DNA of 63,902 bases, filler included, from Pirum gemmata (GCA_002812295.1; 16 parts of 16 records of this genome joined end to end with filler, not necessarily neighbours in it), one strand, 5' to 3'; positions 25,022 to 37,595 are shown, numbered from the whole stretch's first letter. Notes: generated by a model not told the origin, from the sequence alone. A program made the numbers and translations.

Positions 25022-25317
25022 ATTTTTCGTAATAGTTGAACTTCAATAATATTGAATATGGTAACTTATTATCACTATTACTACGTTCTTGAATTTATAA
25101 TAGAAATAATTATTATTTGCTAATATTATATGTTCCATTAAGTAATAATAATATTATATGTAAANNNNNNNNNNNNNNNNNNNNNNNNNNNNNNNNNNNN
25201 NNNNNNNNTTAATTAATTAANNNNNNNNNNNNNNNNNNNNNNNNNNNNNNNNNNNNNNNNNNNNAATAATAATAATAATAATAATAATAAAACTAATCAT
25301 CAAAGGATAGTACTTAC

Positions 25318-28300
25318 ATCAACTCCATACATCAAAACCTGGTCTGCACCACAGACAATATTATCCATTTTCTGTCGATCTAAATGTTCCAAAGCATCAA
25401 TAGTATCATAATTAAGCTGACAAACAAAGTCACAAAGTTGATTTAGCTCTTCAACGATAGTTGTATAATAACCAAACGATTGACTATACAGTTTGGTATA
25501 TAACAATTGAGCCTGATCAACATTATGCATCGACGTTTTTATCCAGGCCTGTGAGTGTTGTATTTGGTTTAGTAATGTCTGTGCGTTTTGTACAATCTCA
25601 GCACAATCAGGATCTTCTTCCATTTTCAAGTGGTAAGCACTTTCAAGTTTAATGCTTAATTGTCCATCATTGTATTCTAAAATGGCTTGGTTGAGCTGTA
25701 ATGGTATGGTATAAATATAGTTAGAATTAGATTTAGGTTTAGGTATAAGGGTCAGAGATGGGTAGTTGGTTGGCGGTTGGATATGGGTAGTTGTGGTAGT
25801 TGTTGGTGATTGGTAATTGGTGATAAGGTTAGAGATTGGTGGTTGGTTGGCGGTTAGTTGGTGGTTGGATATGGGTGTTTTTGGTAGTTGATGGTTTGGT
25901 GATTAGTATTTGGTGATAAGGTTAGAGACGGGTGGTTGGTTGGTGGTTGAATATGGGTGGTTGTGGTAGTTGATGTTTGGTAATTGGTGAATGGTGAATG
26001 GTGAATGGTGAATGGTGATTGGTGAGTGGTGATTGGTGATTGGTGATTGGGACTCCTAGTGGTCACAAGTTGGATATGGGTGGCTGTGGTAGTTGATGGT
26101 TGGTGATTGGTAATTAGTGATTGGCAATTGGTGATTGGTGATTGGTGATTGGTAATTGGGACTCCTAGTGGACACAAGTAAAAAACGTTGTAGTTGAGAG
26201 GTAAGAGGAGGTTGAAATTAAAGTTAAAGAACTGATCCCAAACGCAATGATTATTACCGCTTCAACAACATCATCTTTAGCAGCTTTTAAAGCTAATTGT
26301 TGACGAGCATGTACAATTTCTTCATTTTCTGATAAATCGGCCCTAGCACTCTCCAGAATCGTTTGTTGTAGAGTTTCCCAATCTTCGCCCCGTAAACATA
26401 AACGAATTTTGTAAATAATATTGGCTTTCAGAAGTTGATCTTTTGCAAGTTTAGATATTACATTCGTAGATTCAGCTTTCTTGATAACGTTTTGAAGGTC
26501 TTCTACTTCAATTGAAGCAAAATCATCGCCGTGACACATACCAGTACTCTATTTAAAATTTAGTAAAAGCGGGGATTAGTATGAAGTATTGTAGAGAAGG
26601 ATCAAGGACCAGTATAAATGGGCAATGGGTTAGAGTTAAAGTTAAGAGTTAAGAGTTAGGGTAAAGAGTTAGGTTTAGACGTCGACTTAAGATTAGATGT
26701 AGGCATAGACTCGGGGTCTTGGTGGTTTCGGCTAGGGTTAGACTTAGGGTTAGGGGTTAGGGTTAGGGGTTAGGGTAAGGGTTAGGGGTTAGGGGTTAGA
26801 GTTAGAGATTAGGTTTAGGTTTTAGGTTTAGGTTTATCGTTAGGGGTTAGGGGTTAGAATTGGGTTTAATAATATCAATATTCTCAAACAATCAATCACC
26901 ATAGCTTTTTCTAATTCCGCAGCCAATTCCTTTTCACGTTCAGCTTGATCAAGAGATTCCCTTGCTTGTTGTACTTTAGGACCATCATATTTAATGCCAT
27001 TTGCTCTATTTACAGCTTCGTTCAACAAATCAAAATCAAGAACCTTAATACCTTCCTCTAAAAGTGTAGCTATCTCTCTTTTCTCAGTCTCAAGATTTAA
27101 TATCTCACGCATTTCGTTGGCAAGTTTTGTTTTCATTTCTATTTCGTCAGCTTGGTTGATAATGCTGCAATATTCATCATAGTGACTCGAAACATCCTGA
27201 TTATACAAATATATCAAAATAATAAAATAAATCATACGTATATGAAAACGGAGCTGTATATTACACATAAGGTGTGATATGAAAAGTAGAAAGTAATACA
27301 ACAAATACAATTTAATATCAAGTGAAGAGCCGAAAATGAATGAAAGTGGAAGAAATGAAAGAAATAACACTTGAGAAGAACGGAACATTGAACGAGAAAA
27401 AAAAAATATATAATAAAAAAATAAAAATATAAAAAAGGTAACAAGAAAGCCACCAAAGATTAATGATAGTACAATACAGCCGCTTTGAAATGTTCATCCA
27501 ACCCTTAACCTCTAACCTCTAACCTATAACCTATAACCTATAACCTGTAAAATCTAACCTGTAAAATCTAACCTCTAACATCCTAACATACTAACCCAAA
27601 TCCTAACCCTAACCCTAACCCTAACCCTAACCCTAACCCTAACCCTAACCCTAACCTCTTAACCTCTTAACCTCCAACCTCCAACCTTCAACCTTCAACC
27701 TCTAACCTCCAACCTCCAACCTCTAACCCCCAACCTCCAACCTCCAACCTCCAACCTCCAACCTCCAACCTCCAACCTCCAACCTCCAATCTCCAACCTC
27801 CAACCTCCAACCTCCAACCTCTAATCTCTAATCTCTAACCCCAATTCGTAAAACTTACTTTTTTGACAAGTTCTTGCATAACCACAGCAATTTTCTTTTC
27901 CTCCTCTAAGCGATGTTTCATAGTTCTTAGATCCCTTATAAAACCAGTTTCAAATGCAACCTCATCACACTGTACCAACAAGGGGTCAATAATCATTAGA
28001 TTCCTCGTCTTCAACGCTGCTACAACTTTCGGTTTTAGTTTCACAATCTTCTTATGCATAATGCGTGCTATCATTCTACGTATAGAAGCCTGAATGACGA
28101 CAGCTCTACGTTCTTGTTCCATTACTCGTAATAATTCCAAAGTACGATGAGCACCCGCCCTGTACAAAACTCTTGTTTTACCCATTTGCACATCTTCCAC
28201 ATTTCTAGCGTAAGATAAAATATCTTCGCATTTTTGAATTGGTGTGGTACCCTTAATGGGGGCTTTTCCGGTTAACAGTTTGTATCTTTCTATAAACTCG

Positions 28301-28536
28301 CTATGTGTCCAACGAAACGGGAACCCGGTTTGCCTTATATGTACAGCTTCAAATACCCCGGAATAACGTAATTGTAGTAAGCACATTTTCCCAAGAAACT
28401 CGTCAGGTACTTTTTTGTCGTTCGGTTTAACACAACGGACGTAGTGTGGAGTGGTACTGTTAAGTACTGTCATTAGTTCGTCTAATTGTGTTTTGAATTG
28501 CCTACCTAAACTATCTTTTCTATTTAATCCATTGCT
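25318..28536 (-). CDS. Myosin heavy chain, partial: end of motor domain, IQ motif, alpha-helical tail; exons 28536-27859, 27196-26900, 26548-26258, 25695-25318
   Basis: QFKTQLDELMTVLNSTTPHYVRCVKPND...QLRYSGVFEAVHIRQTGFPFR...GKTRVLYR is the myosin motor C-terminus and IQASIRRMIAR is an IQ motif. All four exons have AG/GT boundaries in phase 0, with lengths divisible by 3. Confidence 0.92.
26735..26856 (+). repeat. Intronic TTAGGG-like tract
   Basis: Lies within myosin intron 26549-26899. Confidence 0.85.
27500..27842 (-). repeat. Intronic (CCCTAA)n and (CCTCCAA)n tract
   Basis: Lies within myosin intron 27197-27858. Confidence 0.85.
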
Positions 28537-28928
28537 CTATAGATAATAAAAGTTAAATTAATATAAAAATAAAATTTGATTATGTTATGTTGTTGTTGCT
28601 ATTATTATTATTATTATTATTATNNNNNNNNNNNNNNNNNNNNNNNNNNNNNNNNNNNNNNNNNNNNTTAATTAATTAANNNNNNNNNNNNNNNNNNNNN
28701 NNNNNNNNNNNNNNNNNNNNNNNAAATAGCACACGACTACACGGTAGAGAATTAAATATTTCATTTTATTATTACTAGCTGTATATAGATTATTACTAGC
28801 TGTATATAGATTATTATTATTATTATTATTATTATTGCTATTTTTATATAATATTATAAAAATTATAATTAATTAATAAAATTATAAAAAAATTTAAAAG
28901 TTTTTTAATTTATAATATTCTATTAATA

Positions 28929-28965
<37 letters not shown>

Positions 28966-29560
28966 ACTAGAGGATTTATAATAATAGCATTAATTGGCTT
29001 AACTAGAAGAATTAATCATATACATAAAATATAATATATATATTAGCAGCCATTCTATTATTAGCAAAATATTATGATATTTTGCATTATTAACTCATTA
29101 TTAACGCATTAGAAATATTCTTTATTATATATAATTGTATAATTGTATAATTAAATAATACTATAATTATATAGTAAGAAGTGAAGGAAAATAAATGAAA
29201 AAAGCACAATACAATAAAATTTAATACAATACAGTACAATAAAAGAAAAACATTAAATTTATAATTAATCTATATAATATAGTTATATATAGTTCTAGAT
29301 ATATTTTAATTAAAGTATTAATATTTAAATTTATATATATTATAACAATAACATCAAATTCACAACAATGAAAACAATAACATAGCAATAACAATAACAT
29401 AACAATAAACACAACAAAATCCATTATTTTATTTTTATTTAATTATTAAAAGAGACTTTAAATTTTAGTTTTAAGAGTAATAAATGAACTAATAACAACA
29501 TATTTTTCACGTTTTTTTTTTTTGCGCTTGATACTAGAATATCCATGTAAAATATAATCT

Positions 29561-31498
29561 TCAAGTATCGTCATCTAAATCAATAACATCACTACATAAA
29601 ATGTTAGGAGTATCATATACACTTTCATCAGTGAAACTATTGTTTACACTACTACCCAGACTTGAGATACTGTTTGATGATGATAAAATAAAACTATTAC
29701 CTCTCGTAGATAAACCACTAACATGCCATAAATTGTTATCAAGTTCTACCTTAACCTTATAATAATCTCCTTCTTCTTCTTCTTCTTCTTCTTCTTTTTC
29801 TTCTTTGAATAATTCCTCCTTGTCATGGTGATAGTTTCTATCACAATCGCTAGTTACTGCAATGTTGATATTGGCGCTATTAGCACTAGAGGAAGGACAA
29901 TCTTCAAATATTTGTATGGGAACAGTATGGTTATGGCTTTTAGTGACATTGTCGTTATATTTACAATTAGTTAAATTGTTTAAACTATTTTTAATAGAAA
30001 GGTCGTTAAGGACTAAGCTGGCGTACATCAATTCGTTGAGTACAGACATACTTGGCTTTACAGTAACTTCAGTGTATTGCTCTTCACTCATGCATATAGA
30101 ACTATTGTTATTGTTTATATTACTATTATCACGATTGTTGTTGTTGCAGTTGCTGTTGTTATCGTTGTTGTCCCTGTTATCATTACTGTTGTATTTATCG
30201 CTGTTGTTGCTGACTATCAAGTCTGGATGACCTGTGTAGCGATTTCGTGATCTTGTCAGTGTTTTCTTTAATATTACTTCAGTGTATTCTTCATCAGATT
30301 GTAATACAATCGCGGTTTCTTGATCATTAACACCCTGTAAAAATTGGTTTGTAGTCATACCGTAAATTAAGCCCTCTTCTGGGCTTTTCGTTGATAACTT
30401 GCGTTTTGTTACTTTACGATACAAACACCACAATATTGCATTGATGATAATGAAAACAACAAAAATTGATACTGTAGCTGCAACAACTACTACAGTATTG
30501 TTATTGTTATTATCATTATCCTTATTATTATTAGTAATATTTTTGCTATTTTTGTTGTTGACGTTGATTTCCTCCATAAGAAGTGAACTAGCGGCAGGAG
30601 CAGTTACAGGTGTAGCAGTTTCAGTAGGAGCAGTTTCAGTAGGAGAATCATTTGCAGTCATAGCTGCTATAACTAAAGTTGTATATGCAGTTGGTGATGA
30701 TGTTGTTATAACCATTATATCCGCTGTAGATTCTATATGTGATGTAGTTGATTCGGCAGAATCTGTCCTCAAGAAATTGGAACAATAATCTTTAACACAC
30801 TCATACAAGTGCTCACCAACTTTATACAGGACTAAAGCCCCAAGTACACTAACTATATCCTTTGTCTGTTTCCTTTTTATTTCATTTGAGGTCATGTCAT
30901 TAAAATGTGGCATATTTTTGTAATTCTTATTGTTCAAACTTTTTTCATCATCGGTATCATCTTCTATTGTCATATCAAATTCCGGAACACTGTTCTGAAT
31001 TGGAGTCCACAGCATAGACAACAACGGGTCATCGAAATTCCGTATATTCTTCATCCCAAAACTTTCGTTAGTAATGTTGTAATAAACACACAAATGCCCA
31101 TTCTTTATATACACATTAGAGTTCACATTAGAACAAATATGATATTGATGTTGAAAAAAAAACTTAGAAAATTCGTTAGTATTTTTATCTTGACAATCAG
31201 TCACAGATAAACTAAACTTTTCATTTTTCGTTTCTTTATAGTTCTCATCGTAAAAAAGAGTCAAACAAGATTTTTTGCCACCTTCATAATAAAAAAGTTT
31301 TGATTCTTCATGATACCATTGCTTACCAACATCAAAAGTCAAAATCAAATTGTTTTTATCGTCTACACTTAATTCTCGCTCTTCAATATCGTTGAGAAGT
31401 CGTATTGTTTTTGCTGAACATAAACGTCCAAGGTTTAAAAATATGACAATTAAGATAAAATTAATAGTAACAATCTCTATATTATTAAAGGAACCCAT
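29561..31498 (-). CDS. Intronless type I membrane receptor: signal peptide, putative ricin-B/beta-trefoil-like ectodomain, Thr-rich stalk, one TM helix, cytoplasmic tail with tyrosine motifs
   Basis: 645-aa ORF. Hydrophobic N-terminus; TM VVVVAATVSIFVVFIIINAILWCLY followed by RKVTKRK; tail motifs EEYTEV, EQYTEV, LMYASL, DYYKV and VYDTP. The lectin call is pattern recognition only. Confidence 0.8.
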   Translation of the reverse strand: MGSFNNIEIVTINFILIVIFLNLGRLCSAKTIRLLNDIEERELSVDDKNNLILTFDVGKQWYHEESKLFYYEGGKKSCLTLFYDENYKETKNEKFSLSVTDCQDKNTNEFSKFFFQHQYHICSNVNSNVYIKNGHLCVYYNITNESFGMKNIRNFDDPLLSMLWTPIQNSVPEFDMTIEDDTDDEKSLNNKNYKNMPHFNDMTSNEIKRKQTKDIVSVLGALVLYKVGEHLYECVKDYCSNFLRTDSAESTTSHIESTADIMVITTSSPTAYTTLVIAAMTANDSPTETAPTETATPVTAPAASSLLMEEINVNNKNSKNITNNNKDNDNNNNNTVVVVAATVSIFVVFIIINAILWCLYRKVTKRKLSTKSPEEGLIYGMTTNQFLQGVNDQETAIVLQSDEEYTEVILKKTLTRSRNRYTGHPDLIVSNNSDKYNSNDNRDNNDNNSNCNNNNRDNSNINNNNSSICMSEEQYTEVTVKPSMSVLNELMYASLVLNDLSIKNSLNNLTNCKYNDNVTKSHNHTVPIQIFEDCPSSSANSANINIAVTSDCDRNYHHDKEELFKEEKEEEEEEEEGDYYKVKVELDNNLWHVSGLSTRGNSFILSSSNSISSLGSSVNNSFTDESVYDTPNILCSDVIDLDDDT

Positions 31499-31514
31499 AT
31501 TTTTTAACTAAAAT

Positions 31515-31594
31515 ACACCTTTTCAGCTAAATATTCAGTCCAGAGAAAATAGGGCCATATTCAGTCTGGACTGAATATTTAGCTGAAAAGGTGT
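31515..31594. repeat. Perfect 30-bp inverted repeat with 20-nt loop, probably a mini-MITE
   Basis: ACACCTTTTCAGCTAAATATTCAGTCCAGA / TCTGGACTGAATATTTAGCTGAAAAGGTGT; related ends at 45456-45484. Confidence 0.9.
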
Positions 31595-31932
31595 CTATAT
31601 AAATATCTAAATATATACAACTCAATAAACTAGTTCATTATAAATTAAATGTAAACAACATTAATATTATTATTTATTAATAAAATATGTTTTAATTAAA
31701 ATTGAAAAACCTCTCTTTTTTGTTTATTTTATTTTTTATTTTATTTTTTGTAGGTTTTTTTATTTTTATTAGCATTTATATAATAATATAATATTTTGAC
31801 TTTTATGCTAGGACTTTTATAATGATAAATTCAACTATCTTTTGTCACTCCGAATATTTATTTGGTTTTTTATAACATGAAATGGATTTATATTGTATTA
31901 ATTTGTTACTATTTATTGTATATTGTAGGACC

Positions 31933-32015
31933 AGTAGGGGTGAGATATCTATTGGAATTTTTTTCGAACAGATGCTTATCGAGCCAACCTTAGTTCCGTG
32001 TTCCTTACTAATAAT
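31933..32015 (+). mobile_element. Dispersed repeat (probable DNA-transposon end), with an inverted copy at about 44598-44678
   Basis: AGTAGGGGTGAGATATCTATTGGAA...TTACTAATAAT is the reverse complement of about 44598-44678 with few mismatches. Confidence 0.65.
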
Positions 32016-32181
32016 AGCAGTTAAATATCTTAAAATAGTAAATTTAATTATAGTAGATACCAATTAAAATAATAATATTAANNNNNNNNNNNNNNNNNNN
32101 NNNNNNNNNNNNNNNNNNNNNNNNNTTAATTAATTAANNNNNNNNNNNNNNNNNNNNNNNNNNNNNNNNNNNNNNNNNNNN

Positions 32182-32280
32182 CCCTAACCCTAACCCTAAC
32201 CCTAACCCTAACTCTAACCCTAACTCTAACTAACCCTAACTAACCCAAACTAACCCTAACCCTAACCTTAACCTAACCTT
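32182..32280 (-). repeat. (CCCTAA)n at contig start, decaying inward; possible chromosome end or interstitial tract
   Basis: The contig begins CCCTAACCCTAA and continues into variant units; more variants at 32687-32905. Confidence 0.8.
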
Positions 32281-32976
32281 ACGCCATATACTTTAAAAAC
32301 TCTAAAAAAGAAATGATAAATATGATGATGAGATTTTATTGGTTTTTGTATACATATGTAAGATAACAATGCAATCAAATGACTCAATTAAAATCCTTGT
32401 CAATCATGAAATCTCGTATTACAAAATTAATTACAAAGTTAAAAAGTAAAACTATTTTTTTTTTTCTAAATCACAATTATCAATAAAAATATTAAATTAA
32501 TTGTTTGTGAACATAAGATTCCTGGTGGGTGTGATGCCCTGTTGGGAGCTAATGTTTATAAGGGATTTAAGTTTGACCTAGTAAGCACCAAATTAGTTAA
32601 TAAGGAAGGTGTCGAAACCATTAGGATTAATAATGAGTTATTAAGTTTAGTGGGTAGCTATAGTTTTAATTATCCTTCTTTTTTCTAACCCTAACCCTAA
32701 CCACTGATCCCCTACAGCAGCTGATCCCTACCTAACACCAACCCCTAACCCCAACCCTAACCCCAACTCTACCCTCTAACCCTAACCCTAACCCATATAA
32801 CCCTGACTCCTACCCTACCTCTACCCTTACTCTTACCCCTAATTCTAACCCTAATCCTATTAATCCTAATCCTAATCCTAAGCCTAATCCTAATCCTAAT
32901 CCTAATCGGAGTAAACTGACGTCACTGACCACTCTACTACTTGCCGACGTCAAACAGATTAAGAGTCCAATCCCTA

Positions 32977-33153
32977 GGGAACATTCATAAAGGACGTCAC
33001 TTATTCTTTGATAGAAGTCATTGCTCGAAAGTGTGACTTAAACTGTTTTAGGCAGTAATTGATTATTAAAATGAACTTTAAAATCATGACCAAAAGTGTT
33101 TTGGGCAAAGAGGCATAGGTAAGATTAGGTGACGTCCTTTATGGATGATTCCC
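32977..33153. mobile_element. MITE family D (TIR GGGAACATTCATAAAGGACGTCAC / GTGACGTCCTTTATGGATGATTCCC)
   Basis: About 24-bp imperfect TIRs with TA on both flanks; partial copy at about 44949-45030. Confidence 0.8.
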
Positions 33154-33528
33154 TACTATCGGAGACTATTGGAGACGTGCAAACATATATGTATTAGTAA
33201 CTGGTATTAATTGGAGACGTTAAAGCAACAGCAAACTGCAATAGTAAACTGCAAACTGCAAACTGAAAACTGAAAACTGAAAACTGAAAGCTGAAAACTG
33301 CAAACCGCAACAGCATCAGCATCAGCATCAGCAAAAATATAGTAATACGGTACTATATATAATATATGTATACCTTCTGGCAACTTACGAAGCACTGCCA
33401 CACTATTAAGCAACCTGTTATTAATACTACCTTACCCCAACAACTAATCAGCACAGCGATTAGTTATTATATCTATTGTATAAAAACTGGCACTAGTACT
33501 ATTTTTCTTATTTTATTAAAATATATAT

Positions 33529-33712
33529 ATAACCAAACCTCTGGTTCTATTTATTCTTAAAATAAAAAATTGTATAATGTATATATATAATAACCAAACC
33601 TCTGACTATTTATTTTTTTAAATAACCAAACCAGATCTGGCTCTATTTATTTTTTAATAATAACCAAACCTCTGGCTCTATTTATTTTAATAATAACCAA
33701 ACCTCTGGCTCT
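33529..33712. repeat. Five copies of ATAACCAAACCTCTGGCTCTATTTATT
   Basis: Direct repeats separated by short AT-rich gaps. Confidence 0.8.
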
Positions 33713-34806
33713 ACGTATATCATAGCAACTGATACTATTAAAACAAAACACCCAAAAACGGCACTGCCTACATATAATAACCCACGACGGCTCTATTATA
33801 ATAAACACTATTCAACAGGCAATTAGTAAAACGACTTTGATATCTTTGTACCCTGCATGAAATAAAATAAAATATACAATATATTATTTGCAAAGACTAC
33901 TATTTTCTACTATGGTAAATGAAAATACAACCCAAGCAACTCCCTCTAAATGGAAAAGCCTATTGCTAACTGATAAAAGCAAAAACTATCCAAAAATAAC
34001 TAAGAATTGGATTATAAGAATGCAAGCAAACGTTAACAAAAACAATTTAAAACAATGCCTTATCATTCCCAACGCGAATGCGGAAGACCCCAAAGGCGAA
34101 ACTATGAAAGACTGGCTCTGGGGCAACCTCAGCAACAACATAAATGACGATATGGTCTTTCTCGTAAGAATGTCCCGCAAGAAAATTAAAACAAAGACGA
34201 TAACCCTGCCCAACTATGGAAGAATATCAACAACCATTTCAATACAAAAGCAAAAGCAAAAATTCTAACTTTAGAAAACAAAATCCGCACAATCGGACCT
34301 GAAATGGGAGAGAGTATAATCAATTGCAAGTATGTAGACAGATAGATAGTTCTTTACAACGAAATCGAGGAACAAGACGGCAATGTCGGTCACTCTGATC
34401 ACCGAAAAATCACGTTCCGAACATCAAACCATGGTGCACCTTCAAAGTTAAAACCGTCACGGAACAGACCTTAAACGAGGCTTAATCATTTGATGATATA
34501 TTAATATTATCGAAAAAATGAAACAATTGGAAATTGCTGGAAAATGCTTCTTACAAGAAGACCAAGAGCATGGAATAAAACTAAATTATGACGACTATAA
34601 CGAATCTGACAACTATGACGACTTAGTCAAATTAGATACGCCCACTAATTTTGATGTTTTATTATACCAATCAGTTGGCTACTGCTCCAAAAAAATTAGA
34701 TGCACAAACCCTTTCTATATTATATTAATACTACTTATTAATACTAATATCACTTTCCGGGGGAGTACCTAACGGATGGGGCCGTATCATAACAAAAAAT
34801 GATATT

Positions 34807-34997
34807 GTGCTTTTCATTTATATTGTACACACACGTCACTCAGAATATTTATTGGGTTGGTTATAATATTTAAATTGTCATTTTTAAATGAATAAATAAA
34901 TAATAAAATATACCAAATTAAATAAAATGGATTTATATTGTTTTAATTTGGTATTCTTTATTGTATGTTTTATGATAACAAAACAACTGAAAAGCAT
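34807..34997 (-). mobile_element. MITE family A copy
   Basis: GTGCTTTTCATTT...CTGAAAAGCAT. Confidence 0.8.
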
Positions 34998-37535
34998 GAG
35001 CGTGCGCACGATATTAAAAAATAATAAAAGCACATGTACACAACAGGCCTTAAAACCAAGCAATCTATAAAAAAATTAATAATATTAATAATAATATTAA
35101 TAATAATAATAAACTAAAAAGGCCTACGCAATGCACGAGTAGTCTACTATAATATATACACGAGTTAGTCACCAGTTCTATGTATATACACGAGTGTATA
35201 TTAATTCACGAGTTGTATGTTATATATTAATTAATACACGAATTCTATGATAACCAGTGGGTTTCTGCGGCCTATATAGCCTAAGCACAACTAACGTTAA
35301 CGTTATTTATAAACACTTAATTCAAATTAGACTATTAATATAATAAGACTCTATAAATTAGTACTACCGGTACCATTCGTTAAAATCTGAAATGGTTAAC
35401 GTTCTATCATGATATAGTATTATATTAATACTATTTATAAATTGAATCTATGCCTCAAATTTTATATATAAAATAATATTATGATAATAATAATAATAAT
35501 ATAAATAATATATAATGATATAATAATAATGATAANNNNNNNNNNNNNNNNNNNNNNNNNNNNNNNNNNNNNNNNNNNNTTAATTAATTAANNNNNNNNN
35601 NNNNNNNNNNNNNNNNNNNNNNNNNNNNNNNNNNNTAATAATAATAATGAAAATGATAAATCCCAGACAAAAATAAGGATGATGATAATAATAATAATAA
35701 CACTGATAATGATAACTGTTACAATATCGATAATATAATGATTTATAAAAATTTAATATTTATTAGACTCAGACTACCGTGCACAAAACAAAAAGGAAGA
35801 AAAAAATTGAAAAAAAGAAGCAATGAGTCTGAGCAATGAGTGGACCAGAATTGCGGCGGAATTATGTTATCCGTTCCTATCCTTCTACCCTTCGTCTTTT
35901 TTACCTGATTTGAGGTATAAACAAAACGTTTTTTATTGACATGACATTCTGGAAAGAAATGAACTTAAGCGTAATTTTAGCGAAAGTTTTTTTTTTTTTT
36001 CTGGTTTGTTTGTTGTTGGTAAATGAGGTCAATAGGAATTTTATGACATCATACGATATTACGTTTTTTATTGTTTTTGCTTATGGTATTAATTGTTGTT
36101 ATTAATAATTGTTGTTCTTGTTGTTCTTGTTGTTCTAGTTGTTCTAGTTGTTCTAGTTGTTCTAGTTGTTCTTGTTGTATATTACGTTTTTTTTTTCGAT
36201 CAAGTGGATCACGGAGGTGCTGCTCTTGTTGCTTTTGCTCTGGTATTGTTATTGTTACTATAGCTATTATTATCATTGTTGTTGTTGTTTTAATTAACGT
36301 TGTTGTTCTTGTTGTTCTTGTTGTTCTTGTTGTTCTTGTTGTTCTTGTTGTTCTTGTTGTTCTTGTTGTTCTTATTGTTCTTATTGTTCTTGTTGTTCTT
36401 GTTGTTTTTGTTGTTGTTGTTGTTCTTGTTGTTCTTGTTGTTCAAATTCTTGTTGTATTAATTATAATAGTAGCCATATATAATATTATACATAATTATC
36501 AATATTATATTATATATAGGAATACGTAGCTAAAGACTATCGACTTTAATAATTAACTTTTCAGATCTAGCTAGCTAGAGAGGGCTCATGTAATCCAACC
36601 TACTGGGGAAAACAGAGTGAAGTTGTCACCTATGCTATCTTCCTTCCTTTGTACTTTCTGTTCTGCGATGCCAAATTTAAAGAGAAAGGCTAACTAGACC
36701 AAGCTCAATTAATAAGATTCGGGAAGGTGGGNNNNNNNNNNNNNNNNNNNNNNNCATACTACTACTTTTATGCAGTTTTTATTAAAGTTTGTTGCTATAA
36801 TATGATATCAATATAATCATACGATATAATAATAATACAAGGTTTTTGTTTTTGGTTGTTGCAATTGGTTGTAGCTATAGTTTATTGTTATTATTATAAT
36901 TGCTATTGGTTAGATGCTGTTGGCTGCTGTTGGTGTTAATTTTAACGTTAACCTTGTTACAAATTGGTTAATGTTGTTGTTGGTTGATATGTTTTAATTT
37001 TTATTTAAAAGATAATCATGATGATAATATATCAATGTTTGCTGTTTGTTGTTGTTGGTTAACGTACACGTTGTCCTTGATGATGATGATGATGACGATA
37101 CTTTTTGTGGTTGTTGCAATTGGTTGTTGGTTGTAGTCTACTATTGTTGGTTAGTTGGTTGTTCTTATTGTTATTGGTTGTTATTGCTGTCACGCGCTTT
37201 ATGTTTTGATTCGGCTTAAGATTGATTTTAAAATTCATTTTTTAAAAAAAATTAAACAATCACACAATATATAATGCTATATAGTATTTATTAATTATGT
37301 GCCGTGATCTTTCTACTTTCGCTTGTGAAACCAGTCTTTGTATATATGCATAATATTATGTTAATATTTGCCTTAAAATTTTGAACATTGATATAGATTC
37401 GTTTAAAAATCAATATACCCCTTGTCAGCCGAAATAATACTATTATCTTTCTGAATCGCACTACAAGACTCATAATATAATAATAATAATTATAATTATT
37501 ATATAATAATAATAATAATAATAATATTAATCTTC

Positions 37536-37595
<60 letters not shown>

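Noticed and set aside
23541..31498. Functional cluster of EGF protein, myosin and receptor
   Set aside because: They lie on three separate contigs joined by artificial linkers.
33529..33712. CRISPR-like reading of short direct repeats (also 56938-57637)
   Set aside because: Eukaryotic context, irregular low-complexity spacers, degenerate repeats and no cas genes.
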